A stretch of 64,000 bases of DNA. It comes from Octopus vulgaris. Lineage: Eukaryota. A program made the translations under genes and the position numbers. The stretch covers positions 23,126,001 to 23,190,000 of the forward strand of contig OX597834.1 in assembly GCA_951406725.2 (NCBI GenBank). The letters are read 5' to 3'. The notes under the pieces were generated by a model. The model saw nothing but the letters and a program-made list of their open reading frames with translations, was not told where the DNA came from and ran no database searches. Shown here piece by piece: positions 11,627 to 23,526 of this stretch (position 1 is the stretch's first letter; each line of letters begins with the position of its first letter).

Positions 11627-11878
11627 TGTAGAAACTCTGCCAGATCGGATTGGAGCCTGGTACAGCCTTCTGGCTTGCTAGCCCCCCAGTCAAACCATCC
11701 AACTCATGCCAGTATGGGAAAAGGATGATGATAATATATATATATATATATACATTACATATATATATATATATTATCATCATCCACTTTCCATACTGGC
11801 ATAAGTTGGATGGTTTGACTGGGGGCTAGCAAGCCAGAAGGCTGTACCAGGCTCCAATCTGATCTGGCAGTTTCTACA
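11627..11878. repeat. Tail-to-tail inverted duplication of an RTE-X-type 3' tail around (TA)n
   Basis: About 110-bp arms, near-perfect reverse complements. Confidence 0.85.
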
Positions 11879-11884
11879 TATGTG

Positions 11885-12092
11885 TGAGGGGGTGCTGAAA
11901 AGTTCCTGGCTTTGAGTAAAAGAAAATACAGGAGGATCAGTTAATTATGATTTTATTCAACAGATTCCTCTCTCAGACTCACAAACTTATTGCAGCAGCC
12001 CTTCAGTTTTCCTAAACCCTGTAAAAAATTTTGAAGGTTGGGCTTCCAACCAGGACTTTCTTTAAAGTCAGGAACTTTTCAGCACCTCCTGG
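11885..12092. mobile_element. Mariner-derived MITE
   Basis: TIRs GAGGGGGTGCTGAAAAGTTCCTG / CAGGAACTTTTCAGCACCTCC followed by TA; solo end also at about 54438-54463. Confidence 0.75.
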
Positions 12093-13592
12093 TATAATAT
12101 AGATAAATAAATAGAAATGAGTGTGTCTCCTTGTCTTGACATAATGTGATAGTTATAAATGTATGCCACTATCATATGAGCAGCGTTGTTCATTTCCAAT
12201 AGTCTACAATAAAGCATATCTGGTCATGGGGAAATATCTTACTTGGAAACAAGGGTTGGTGACAGGAAGGGTATCTGGTTGTAGAAAATCTGCCCCAATA
12301 AACTCTGACCTTTAGAAGAATGGATATGTGGATGTCAAAACAATGATAAAAAATGTGCATATGTATACATGCCATCATCGTATAAAGTCTGTTTTTCATG
12401 CTGGCATGGATTGGACTTGTCATCACAGTTCAAGTCAGTTTTTATTTGAAGTTACTACCTTACCACCTTCATTCATTTCATTTAGCCAGGGTTTCTACAC
12501 CTGAATGCCCATCCTAACACCAACCACTTTACAGTGTGTACTGAGTATATTTTATCGCTGTACCAACTCCAAGAGAAGTTGTCATGATCTCAAAAAAAGA
12601 CAAGATTAAAGAGCTGCACCAACTCTATGATGTGGCTATTCAATTACCAAACATTATATAGTGCAGTTCATCATGGTACCAACCCTACAATGTCTTCACT
12701 CACTCATCAACTACTTTACAAAGTGTACTTGGTACATCTTAATGTGGTACCACAAAACTGAGAATGCATACCTGTATCAATTGTGAAAGCAACACAAAAC
12801 TGTATATTGAAAGATGAAAATGGGAACATTCAACAAAGAATTGCCACACAGAGAGACTGATATGGAGAAGGAAACCTTTATTTAAAACAGCTTCCATTTT
12901 AGTAAAAATATTTTCCAAATTTACAGGAAGTCAATGAACAGGAGAATATTGTCATGTACTATGGTGCTATCATAGGATTGAAGTTTAACTGTTTTAGCAT
13001 CATACTTCTGATCAATTACACTGCTTTTGTTTGAAATAATTTTGAAAATAATGAAGAATTTAGTAAGATAATTGTCATTATTAAGCTGGTGTTAAGACCA
13101 AAGTAATATGAAATTTTGGTGGAAGATTTTAATATAAATCACTCTAAAACAGTGAGCTTGTATCATAGAGCCAGGGTTGGTACCAGAAGCTCTGGCTCCA
13201 ATGTTTACCATTCTGCAAAAGGCAAAGAAGAATCCATTCAACAACAACTCCTTAAGCAAACTAACACTGCCATATTAGATTGCCAATGCAATTAAGTGAT
13301 AAAAATATGGTTGTTGAGATAAATAAAGCAATATTTACAGAACACAAACAACATGTTGGATTATTGGGCAACAAGTTTTTGAAATGGTTAAAACAGTATT
13401 ATTTAGCTGAGGTTTAAAATAAACGAGTGGTCACTTTATTCCCAATAGCTGAAAATACATCCATCTAGATGTTACAAAGTCTTGTACAAAATAACAGACA
13501 AATGACTCAATATTAATATAGTTCTTTTTCTGCAAGAATCAATACAGGTTTGATGAATTACCTTTTTTGTAGAGAATACATTAACAAAGATA

Positions 13593-14639
13593 TCAGCCAC
13601 GTGACTTTCCTCCTGTGTGAATACGTTTGTGTCTACTAAGGCAACTACTAATGGTGAATGATTTACCGCAGATATCACAGGGGAATGGCTTCTCTCCTGT
13701 ATGAACACGTTTATGAGTGTTTAAGACACTACTTTCAGAGAATGATTTACCACAAACCTCACAGAGATACAGCTTCTCACCTGAATGAACACGAAGGTGT
13801 CTCGTTAAGTTATTACTTCTAGAAAATGATTTATTACAGATATCACAGTTGTATGGCTTCTCTCCTGTATGGCTACGTATATGACTGGTTAAGTTTGATG
13901 GATAAGAGAATGATTCATTACAGATATCACATTGATACGGTTTCTCTCCTGTATGAATATGCTTGTGTTTAGTTAAGTCACTATTTTGAGTGAATGATTT
14001 ACCACAGATTTCACAGGGATATGGCTTCTCCCCTGTATGAATACGTAGGTGTCTAGTTAAGTCACCTTTTCTAGGGAATGATTTACCACAGATATTACAA
14101 TGATGATATGGTTCCTCTTCTGAATGAATACGTTTGTGAGTAGTTAAGTTACATACTTGAGAGAATGATTTACCACAGATATCACAGCAATACGGTTTTT
14201 CTCCAGTATGAATGTATTTGTGAGTAATTAATTTTCCGGTTTGAGAGAAAGCTTTACCACATACATCACACTGATAAGGCTTTTCTCCTGTGTGAACACG
14301 TTTATGTTTAATTAAGTCACTACTTGTGTAGTAAGATTTACCACAAATATCACACTGATACGGTTTCTCTCCTGTATGAATACGTTTATGTCGAGTTAAG
14401 TCACGATTTCTAGAAAATGATTTACTACAGACATCACAGTGATATGATTTCTCTCCTTTATGAATGCTTTTGTGAGTGATTACATGATAATTTCTAGAGA
14501 ATGATTTACCATAAATATCACAGTGATATGGCTTTTCCCTTGGGTGAAAATTGTCTCGAGGAGTTAAATTATCTTCCTGAGAGAAAGACATTTTACAGGT
14601 GTCACAGTCATATGATGTTTTCCTTTTCTCTTTCAGCAT
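13593..14639 (-). CDS. Tandem C2H2 zinc-finger protein (10 intact + 2 degenerate fingers), ZNF-B
   Basis: 348 aa ORF with TGEKP-linked C2H2 fingers; finger 1 lacks the first His, finger 2 has Tyr for the second Cys. Confidence 0.95.
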   Translation of the reverse strand: MLKEKRKTSYDCDTCKMSFSQEDNLTPRDNFHPREKPYHCDIYGKSFSRNYHVITHKSIHKGEKSYHCDVCSKSFSRNRDLTRHKRIHTGEKPYQCDICGKSYYTSSDLIKHKRVHTGEKPYQCDVCGKAFSQTGKLITHKYIHTGEKPYCCDICGKSFSQVCNLTTHKRIHSEEEPYHHCNICGKSFPRKGDLTRHLRIHTGEKPYPCEICGKSFTQNSDLTKHKHIHTGEKPYQCDICNESFSYPSNLTSHIRSHTGEKPYNCDICNKSFSRSNNLTRHLRVHSGEKLYLCEVCGKSFSESSVLNTHKRVHTGEKPFPCDICGKSFTISSCLSRHKRIHTGGKSRG

Positions 14640-15042
14640 CCCATCAGGAAAAAAAAAAAATCAATCTTGTTTTACTGTTTTGCAATTAACTTTGTTTTCA
14701 CAGAATTCATTTGCCAAAAATAATTTCTTTCTCTCCATTATGTAGATATTTTTTTATCTGTTCAGTTTTGCCTTTTAATCCTTACAAATATTTGTGTTGT
14801 TGTCATTATCATTAAAATACAAAATGTTCCTCTAATATTCCTGACAGTGAAATTGGGAAAAACTTGCTGAGATTCTCGAGTTTGAAGGAATATTTCAGTC
14901 AATCCACCACAGATTTATTTAAACTGGGTTACATCGTTTGTGGATGATGTCTTCTTTTAGTGTTTAAAATAAGCTAAATATTGATGATGCAGCCAAACTA
15001 ATAAAATTCTCTTTTTTTTTATGCCAATGTCATCTGATATTT

Positions 15043-15832
15043 CTGAAATAATAAAGAAACAGTATAAGATATAGGGGAAATTTAAAAGCAGAGGGTCAAA
15101 AGTAGAAAATTTACTGCATTTCTATTGATAAAGTGCAAATATAAACATGTAAGGGCACTACTGAAATACAGAGGTCCCGATGCATCTACGTAACGATATG
15201 CTTATACACTGCACACTCGTTAGAGGGTTAGGGTTTCGTAGATGCGTCGAGATCTCTGTATTTAAGTAGTACCCGTTTAAGTTAATGATTGCATTAGACA
15301 ACTTTCTGTAGAGGTCTACAGGAGACCGTGAGATATTGGTTTCAAATTTTGGCACAAGGCCAGCAAGTTCGTGGGTGCGGGTAAGTCGATTACATTGACA
15401 GTTCTTTTATCGACAGAGAAAAGATGAAAGGTAAGGTCGACCTCAGCGGAATTTGAACTAAGACCGTAAAATCGGCTGAAATGCTACAGTTGGAGAAACA
15501 ACAATCTATAGGCTTATAAAGGTCCGTAACTAGTAAAGATTAAATAAAATCAAGTCGATGACAACAACAACAATAATAAATATATTCTTCTATGGCTGCC
15601 AGCCCGATACCAGTTATAATTTGACAATGTGAAGATGGTACGTTATAATCAAACATTCATCATCATCATCATTGTTCGACCGTGGTCGAGACAATGGAAT
15701 TTACCATGCTACGCCAGACTTCACGGTCCATCATGGCATTACGGAGGTCCTGTTGCTGGATGCTAATTTGGAAGGATCAAACATTACTTACTGGTGAACG
15801 ATGAAAACAACAATATTAAACCAAAGAAACAC
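15043..15832 (-). other. 5'UTR intron of ZNF-B
   Basis: Acceptor ttattatttcag at 15043 and donor CGAG|GTGTTT at 15832 align with the ZNF-A sites. Confidence 0.6.
15658..15775 (-). mobile_element. Young RTE-clade LINE 3' fragment with TSD
   Basis: (TGA)n tail; TSD ATCAAACATT at 15648-15657 and 15776-15785; identical to copies at 17543 and 59961. Confidence 0.85.
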
Positions 15833-16410
15833 CTCGTATAATTCTAGAGGTGACGTTTGAATAGGTAGAAAGTAGCTGTCTTCTTTGTCCATTATCAGCT
15901 TCCATTTGTGGGTTAAGAAATGTAGATTGTTTGTAACTTTTGTGAGTGGACATATATATGGTTGTATGCTATGGCCGGTCATAGGGTGACCATTGGTTTT
16001 GCAACTATAAATCGCTTAGCTGTATAGGCAACTCGTTAGACTCAAATGGCCAGAGGCACATAAGGTACTATTTAAGAAGAGTGGTCCCGGTGCGCGCACT
16101 CGGCAACCCGCGCTAGCTTGTCGATCTTTACTTTGTGTTTTATTTACTTTGCTAGGTAGTAGTTGTAGGATCGACTAGTTACGACTAGCTTGCGCGAGTA
16201 CGCGCACCGAGACCACTCTTCTTAAATAGTATCGCACACAACTTCTCTCAATATTTATATATACATACCTTGTCAAAGGAATTGGGTTCAGAGAACACTG
16301 TCTTGGAGGAGAACAACACTAGAATTGCAACCATCCACGTTGGAAGATTTAGAATGGGGGAATGGTTAAACATTTCCGGAATAATGACTTGGCGGAAGTA
16401 GAATTATTGT
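15833..16410 (-). promoter_or_regulatory. First exon/promoter of ZNF-B, interrupted by an insertion
   Basis: TGTCCATTATCAGCTTCC..GGTTAAGAAATG and TTGTCAAAGGAATT..AGAACACTG match ZNF-A; CGGAAGT 16393-16399. Confidence 0.6.
16068..16229. mobile_element. MITE with about 35-bp TIRs and TA TSD
   Basis: TA|CTATTTAAGAAGAGTGGTCCCGGTGCGCG ... CGCGCACCGAGACCACTCTTCTTAAATAG|TA. Confidence 0.85.
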
Positions 16411-17542
16411 TGTATCGGTTGCTTGTCTCCCGTAACGCAGAGAGAAGAATCAATAAATACAGGGTTATGACCGACCGTTATCAGCTTGGGTGTGAAAGGC
16501 CCTGCATGAACACGCCATGATCACCTACCAAAAGGTTTCAGCTAAAATAACAGGGCTCGTGGGATCGGCTATCCTGTTCTTTTAACTTCGTTTGTTTATT
16601 TGTCCTTATTTAATTTTCATTGTAAATTCATCTCATTGTGAATAACCCATCCGATTTTATTGTAAAAAGCTCCATGTTGACCCCAAACATTGTAATGTCC
16701 CCATCTGTGTTAATCCGTATGGATAATAAAGAAATTAGCTTGTGCCGATCGCCGTCAGATGTTCTCGGACCCCTTACTACCGATTTCCTCCGCAAAATAG
16801 GGGCAACGACGGCTCCAGGAGAAAGGAGCCCCGCTGGTTGGAGTTGCTGGCTGCTGCAGCGAGGGTCTCTGACCACCCACCGCGTCAATGCCACCCTGAT
16901 TATTACTGCTGGTTGTGGATGCACACCTCACCTGTTCTGGGGTATGTGCTCCATCGCACCCCGCACTTCATCTGCTGCTTTACTCCCCCACTTTCTTACC
17001 TCTCTCTTCTCCTGTTTGTTTGCATTGAAATTTGAATAAAGATATGCTTCTATGTTTAGTTAAATGAGGATAAATAGCCGAAATTTTCAGATGTCACTGT
17101 CGTTATTATCGGCGAATTACTTCCATTTATTCTAAGTTCAAAACCTACCTGTTAACCTTTTGCTTTCAGTAACTAAGTTTCAAATGTTTTAAAATGTCTT
17201 CTTACAATGCTACAACTTACATTCATTTTCATATAATTAATGATGAGCTTTTTACTTTATTTTTCCTTTTCTTCTTCAGTTGGAATAAAATTACTATTGC
17301 TTCCTAACTTGCGAAGTTGGCGTGTTTCTGACGAATCTGCTCAAATATAATAGACATTCTGGCTGAATTTCGTTTCGGTCTGTCAAGATAGCCAAATAAT
17401 TTTCTGTACAATCCCTATTATTGGTAGATTCAGTTTCATGTCAGTTTATATTTTTGCCTTTTCCTTTTTTTGTTAATCTAGTACTAGACGACAACTATGT
17501 TGCCTGAGGTACACCAACATATTTTTTGTTATATCATTATGC

Positions 17543-17776
17543 CATCATCATCATCATCATCATCATTGTTCGACCGTGGTCGAGACAATGGAATTTACCA
17601 TGCTACGCCAGACTTCACGGTCCATCATGGCATTACGGAGGTCCTGTTGCTGGATGCCTGTATCCCTGGAGATTACATCAGGGTAGGAGAGTGTGCGCCC
17701 TCTGGTATTGCGAGTAGATGGCTTCCAGAGGAGAAGAGTAGAAATTACTTCTTTTTCAGCTCTACAACAATGTCCA
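17543..17776 (-). mobile_element. Young RTE-clade LINE 3' fragment
   Basis: GHCCRA..LLLWKP..RGR..MMDREVWR C-terminus ending in (TGA)n. Confidence 0.85.
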
Positions 17777-18254
17777 TAGGAATTCACATTTTCATGTCCT
17801 TAAATCGAAAAATCTCTGTAATTCACATAGAAGTTGATAAAATACAAGATTTCACTATATCATCAGTTTCAATATGTATGAATTTTAATAAAGTTAATAT
17901 TATAGATTTTTCGGACTATTTTAGTTATATTTAGTAAAAATATTTTGAAGTTTAGTTTCGAATCATGAATTTAAAATTAATGTTATCAACGATCTTGCAT
18001 GTTACGCGAATGACAAATACAATGTATTTTGAAATTATTCAAAGTTGGTGTTTGGTCGGTTACGTATAGAAAGAGTTGTTTCCCCTCGTTTGATATCGTG
18101 AGCAATTACACCAGCTAATGAGATTAATGATAATTAGCCTCAGAGTTATCAATAATTACAACTAATTGTTATTGCTGTCTATGATAGTTTGAAATAGCTT
18201 TTTGTAATTACTAGGTCATAGAAACATTGTTTGGTTGCCAGTTACCAAAGGTTC

Positions 18255-18404
18255 GCGTTGCTGAGCGATAAGAAACTTGCTTCCCAATCACATGGCTCTG
18301 GGTTCAGTCCTACTGTGTGACACCTTGGGCCAGTGTCTTCTGCTATAACCTCTGGCCACCAAAGCCTTGTAAATGGGTTTGGCAGACGGAAACTGAAAGA
18401 AGCG

Positions 18405-18466
<62 letters not shown>

Positions 18467-18682
18467 TCTTTACTCTTTTACTTGTTTCAGTCATTTGATT
18501 GCGGCCATGCTGGAGCACCGCCTTTTATTCGATCAAATCGACCCCGGGACTTATTCTTTGTAAGCCCAGTACTTATTCTATCGGTCTCTTTTGCCGAACC
18601 GCTAAGTGACGGGGACGTAAACACACCAGCATCGGTTGTCAAGCAATGCTAGGGGGACAAACACAGACACACAAACCCACAC

Positions 18683-18744
<62 letters not shown>

Positions 18745-18880
18745 GACAGGCTTCTTTCAGTTTCCGTCTACCAAATCCACTCACAAGGCATTGGTCGGCC
18801 CGGGGCTATAGCAGAAGACACTTGCCCAAGATGCCACGCAGTGGAACTGAACCCGGAACCATGTGGTTGGTTAGCAAGCT
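18255..18880. mobile_element. SINE cluster (CORE-type +, second family -, CORE-type -) separated by (TA)n
   Basis: Matches to recurring consensus blocks, including GGTGCTCCAGCATGGCCGCA. Confidence 0.7.
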
Positions 18881-20301
18881 CATCATCATCATCATCATCG
18901 TTTAGCGTCCGTTTTCCATGCTAGCATGGGTTGGACGGTTCTACTGGGGTCTGTGAAGCCAGAAGGCTTCATCAGGCCCAGTCAAATCTGGCAGTGTTTC
19001 TACGGCTGGATGCCCTTCCTAACGCCAACCACTCCGTGAGTGTAGTGGGTGCTTTTTACGTGCCACCCGCACTGGTGCCAGACAGAGCTGGCAAACGGCC
19101 ACGAACGGATGGTGCTTTTTATGTGCCACCGGCACGAGGGCCAGGCGAGGCTGGCAACGGACACGAAACGGGGCGGTGCTGGCAACGGTCGCGAAACGGA
19201 AAGTTCTCTTACATGCCACCGGCACTGGTAACACATCTGCAATTTCCATTGATCGATTTCGATTCTGATCCTCACTTGCCTCAACGGGTCTTCACAAGCA
19301 GTTTTGACATGCCACCGGCACTGGTAGCACATCCGCAATTTCCATTGATCGATTTCGATTCTGATCCTCACTTGCCTCAACACGTCTTCACAAGTAGAGT
19401 TTTGTGTCCCAAGAAGGGAAGGTATGCATACGTAGGCCGGCTCCATCCCATGTAGAAGGCCACGGGTTATGGACTCACTTGTCCTGCCGGGTCTTCTCGC
19501 GCACAGCACACTTCCAGAGGTCTCGGTCTCTAGTCATTTCCTCAGTGAGACCTAAAGTTCGAAGGTCGTGCTTCACCACCTCGTCCCAGGTTTTCCTGGG
19601 TCTGCCTCTTCCACAGGTTCCCTCAACCGCTAGGGTGTGGCACTTTTTCACACAACTATCTTCATCCATTCTCGCCACATGACCATACCAGCGCAAACGT
19701 CTCTCTTGCACACCACAACTGATGCTTCTTAGGTCCAGCTTTTCTCTCAAGGTACTTACACTCTGCCGAGTGTGAGTACCGGCATTACACATCCATCGGA
19801 GCATACTGGCTTCATTTCTAGCGAGCTTACGCATATCCTCAGCAGTCACGGCCCATGTTTCACTGCCATGTAGCATGGCTGTTCGTACACACGCATCATA
19901 CAGTCTGCCTTTCACTCTGTGCGAGAGGCCTTTTGTCACCAGCAGAGGTAAGAGCTCTCTGAACTTTGCCCAAGCTATTCTTACTCTAGTAGTTACACTT
20001 TCAGCACACCCGCCCCCGCTGCTGACTTGGTCACCTAGGTAACGGAAACTATCAACTATTTCTAGTTTTTCTCCCTGGAAAGTGACGGAAGTTGGTCTCA
20101 GAGCATTTTCAGTGTTTATTGTTCCTGAGCATCTGCCACATACAAAAACCATCTTCCTAGTTAGCCTTCCTTTGACATTGCTGCATCTCTTTAGCTTACA
20201 CTTGGTGCATCTTATAGAGTTTCTACCTACACCTTTTCTACAGATCGAGCAGGGCCATCTACCTGAAGGTGTTTGTGATTTGTCTACCTTCCTACTGATT
20301 A
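18880..20301 (-). mobile_element. RTE-X-type LINE, 5'-truncated (Cys-rich insert, RT thumb/C-terminus, 3'UTR, (GAT)n tail)
   Basis: ORF 19475-20152 FRYLG..RVRIAWAKF..YDACVRTAMLHGSETW..RLRWYGHV.RM..GRGRPRKTW; CSICRKGVGRNSIRC motif; GGATGCCCTTCC tail motif. Confidence 0.9.
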
Positions 20302-20309
20302 CGACGTTG

Positions 20310-20495
20310 AATCACTAGCTTCTGCACGCATTTTTTTTCTCTCCTTGTTTCTTTTCTGTGTATCTTTCTGTTGAAGAGCGTAGGCTCGAAACGTAAAAGA
20401 CTTATTTTATTTATATTCCTGAGCGCCATACTAATACAATTTGTTTGTACTCCACCTGCCTTCGTCTTTTGTTTATTTTCGTAAAGCTTCCCGTT
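20310..20495 (+). mobile_element. Penelope-like terminal repeat fragment with hammerhead-like motif (20363-20400)
   Basis: TCTTT-CTGTTGA-A-GAGC-GTAG-GCTC-GAAAC-GTA-AAAGA; ends in (TA)n; near-identical copy at 39107-39310. Confidence 0.65.
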
Positions 20496-20581
20496 ATATA
20501 TATATATATATAGTATATTAATTGGATAGTATATTAATTGGAAGTATATTGATTTTAAATACTGAAAAAATTTTCTGATTC

Positions 20582-20840
20582 TGGGTGCTTTTTACGTGCC
20601 ACCTGCACAGGTGCCAGACAGAGCTGGCAAACGGCCAGCTCTGTCTGGCACCTGTGCAGGTGGCACGTAAAAAGCACCCACTACACTCACGGAGTGGTTG
20701 GCGTTCGGAAGGGCATCCAGCCATAGAAACACTGCCAAATCTGACTGGGCCTGATGAAGGCTTCCTTCTTCACAGACCCCAGTTAAACCGTCCAACCCAT
20801 GCTAGCATGGAAAACGGACGCTAAATGATGATGATGATGA
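20582..20840 (+). mobile_element. RTE-X 3' tail with a 47-bp perfect fold-back at its 5' junction
   Basis: Arms 20582-20628 / 20634-20680, loop AAACG; (ATG)n tail. Confidence 0.85.
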
Positions 20841-21290
20841 TATACTTTATTAAAAAGCAGCAAAAATATCACAAAGATTGCTATTCAGAGTTTCATGTTT
20901 CCATTTGTCGGACAGTTTTTGTGATGTTTTTGCTGCTTTTTAATAAAACATATTACTCTACCTCTGGTATTCGAGTACTATTTTTTCTACCTTTTTTTGC
21001 ATTTATGTACTTACTCTGGTATAGTGTGTGTGTGTGTGTGTGTATTTAATATTTTTGGACTAATGGGTAAATGTCAATCAGTGTGTTGAAGTGTTGAGTA
21101 AAGTGCTGGCACAGTTTGGGGCTACGTGGTGTCATCCACAGTCGTTAAGTCTTTAGGCTTGCATTTTTAGTGATTTGTTGGGTTCCATGTGTTTGTAGTT
21201 TCATCCATTAGATGCATAGGGCAGTAAAAAAAACTTAACAAACTTTTTTCGTTTTGCTTTTTCTTTTACTTTCATTAGCCTCTAAAATCA

Positions 21291-21447
21291 TTCTGAAGAT
21301 GTTTGTTGAATGTAATGAGGTCAATCTAAATTTACTCCAACTTGATAAACAGAAACATCAGTAAATGGTTCTGAAGATGTTTGTTGAATGTAATGAGGTC
21401 AATCTAAATTAACTCCAACTTGATAAACAGAAACAGCTGTAAATGGT
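21291..21447. repeat. 78-bp tandem duplication
   Basis: TTCTGAAGATGTTTGTTGAATG..GTAAATGGT twice. Confidence 0.85.
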
Positions 21448-21923
21448 CCTGAACTACAATTAAATAATGACTCTTTAATACCAATGATCAACTTCTCATT
21501 GCTAATTATTGCTCCATTTCTTTTCTATATATGTATATATATATATATACACACATACACACACACACACACACCTATAGAGAGAAAACAAATGTACAGA
21601 TGTTTGTATGTATCTATGTATGGAAAGCAGATGGCTTATAGAGGCCATAGTGGTATCAAATTGCTGGACCAGTTCATGTAAGTCGTGGAAACAGTTACAG
21701 TTGAGCAGGAAGAGAGTTGACCTAAATGAGATGCAGTTTGGCATTGTGCCTGGAAGAAGTACTACTAATGCTGGTGTCCCCATAACATAGCGGTTCGGCA
21801 AAAGACACCAATAGAATAAGTACTAAGCTTACATAGAATAAGTCCTGGGTTGATTTTTTCGACTAAAGGCAGTGCTCCAGCATGGCTGCAATCAAATGCC
21901 TGAAACAAATGAAAGGATAAAAG

Positions 21924-21952
<29 letters not shown>

Positions 21953-21954
<2 letters not shown>

Positions 21955-23288
21955 AACCCAGACCTGGTCTGGGCAGGCGTTATCCTTGCTAGGAAAGGTG
22001 GAGGTAGTGCAGATGTTTATAGCATCGGTTATCACATACCGTCTGACCATGGTGCCTTGCCCCGATTTGTGGCTGAACAAGTTGGAGAGAATCCTTTTCC
22101 ACTTTTTGTGGAAGGGAGGAAAGCCACTCGTGAAGCGCTCTGTCTGCTGCCAGAAACCGCTAAAGGGTGGGTTAGGGATACTTTGGCTAAGGATGCGAAA
22201 ATTCACGTTAAGGTTGAGGCACCTCTGGCTTTACCTGGATGGAGAGCAGGTGTGGTCACAGCATGTTCAGTTCTACCTTCCGCAATTAATGTCCTTAATG
22301 GACATTGGTAATTGGAGAAGCCATTACAAATTTCATTTGTAATGAGCAACCTAGGCTGGGGGACTGGCAATTGGAGTGCCGCCAGGCACTTCAGCTACTC
22401 TCTTGGGCAGGCAAGAGTTCCACCGCGGATTTCTATAGTGGGTTAGTGGAGGTTAAGTCCGAAGACGCCTCGGGGGGAGACCCTGGGCTATGATGAAAAT
22501 CAGTTAATCAACCTGTTCTGGAGAACTTTCGGGCCGGGGTATCTGGACAATTACCAGAAATCTCTGGCTTGGCAGTGCTTCCATGCAGCGTTACCCGTTC
22601 GTGATAAACTGTCAAGGTACGGAAGTGCCATCTCACCAACATGTCCGAGGTGCAGGCAGGACAGGGAAACTGTCTTGCACGCATTTGTGGAGTGTCCGGA
22701 ATTAACGAGACTGATAGTTTTCACAGAGCAACTGTTGTCATCGATGGGAAGAGTACAGATATCAGCTGAATCTATCATCGAGATTGTGCTGCCACCTGCT
22801 CTTAACAGGGAAAGAAAAGCTTGCTTTTTCTGCGTAGTAGCCATACTGAAAGAAACAGTATGGAAGACGCGTGTGAGAGGCATAGTGTCGGGTACCTTTG
22901 TATCCGGCCAGGGGTTGGTTAACTTTTTTAGTTACCACCTCAGTAATAAGATCAGGCTGGAGAAAAGGTACCTGTCACAAGATAGATTCATGAGAAAATG
23001 GAAGCCTGTGGCGAGGAAGCTGGAAGTGTTTGGCACCAGGTAAGTGGAACCCAAAAACAGGAGAGAAAAAGGGGTCTACCCTGGTGGTCAGATGACTATC
23101 CTTCAGAGAAGCCATTACAAATTTCATTTGTAATGAGCAACGCTTAAGTCAAAAGTTATAAACATATTTATTAAATTATATTTTTAAATTGTAAATATTT
23201 AATCACTACAGCTACTTCACCCTTTTATGTTTGTTCTTGTTCGTCCCCTCTTTGTAATGCCTTCATGGCAAATATTTATGAAATAAAG
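21953..23288 (+). mobile_element. L1/Tx1-clade LINE ORF2 3' remnant (zf-RVT region), disrupted
   Basis: LSLLGKV..FHFLWKG..PLKGGLGI; WQCFHAALP..CPRC..ETVLHAFVECP; stops and frameshifts. Confidence 0.85.
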
Positions 23289-23430
23289 TAGCTTGCTTAC
23301 CAACCACATGGGTCCAGGTTCAGTCCCACTACATGGCACCTTGAGCCAGTGTCTTCTATTATAGCCTCAGGCCAACCAATGCCTTGTGAATGGATTTGGT
23401 AAACGGAAACTGAAAGAAGCCTGTCGTATA

Positions 23431-23473
<43 letters not shown>

Positions 23474-23526
23474 GTTTAAATATTTGTTGTGCAAGATTTT
23501 TTATGTGAAGTCGTGTGTTGAAACAG

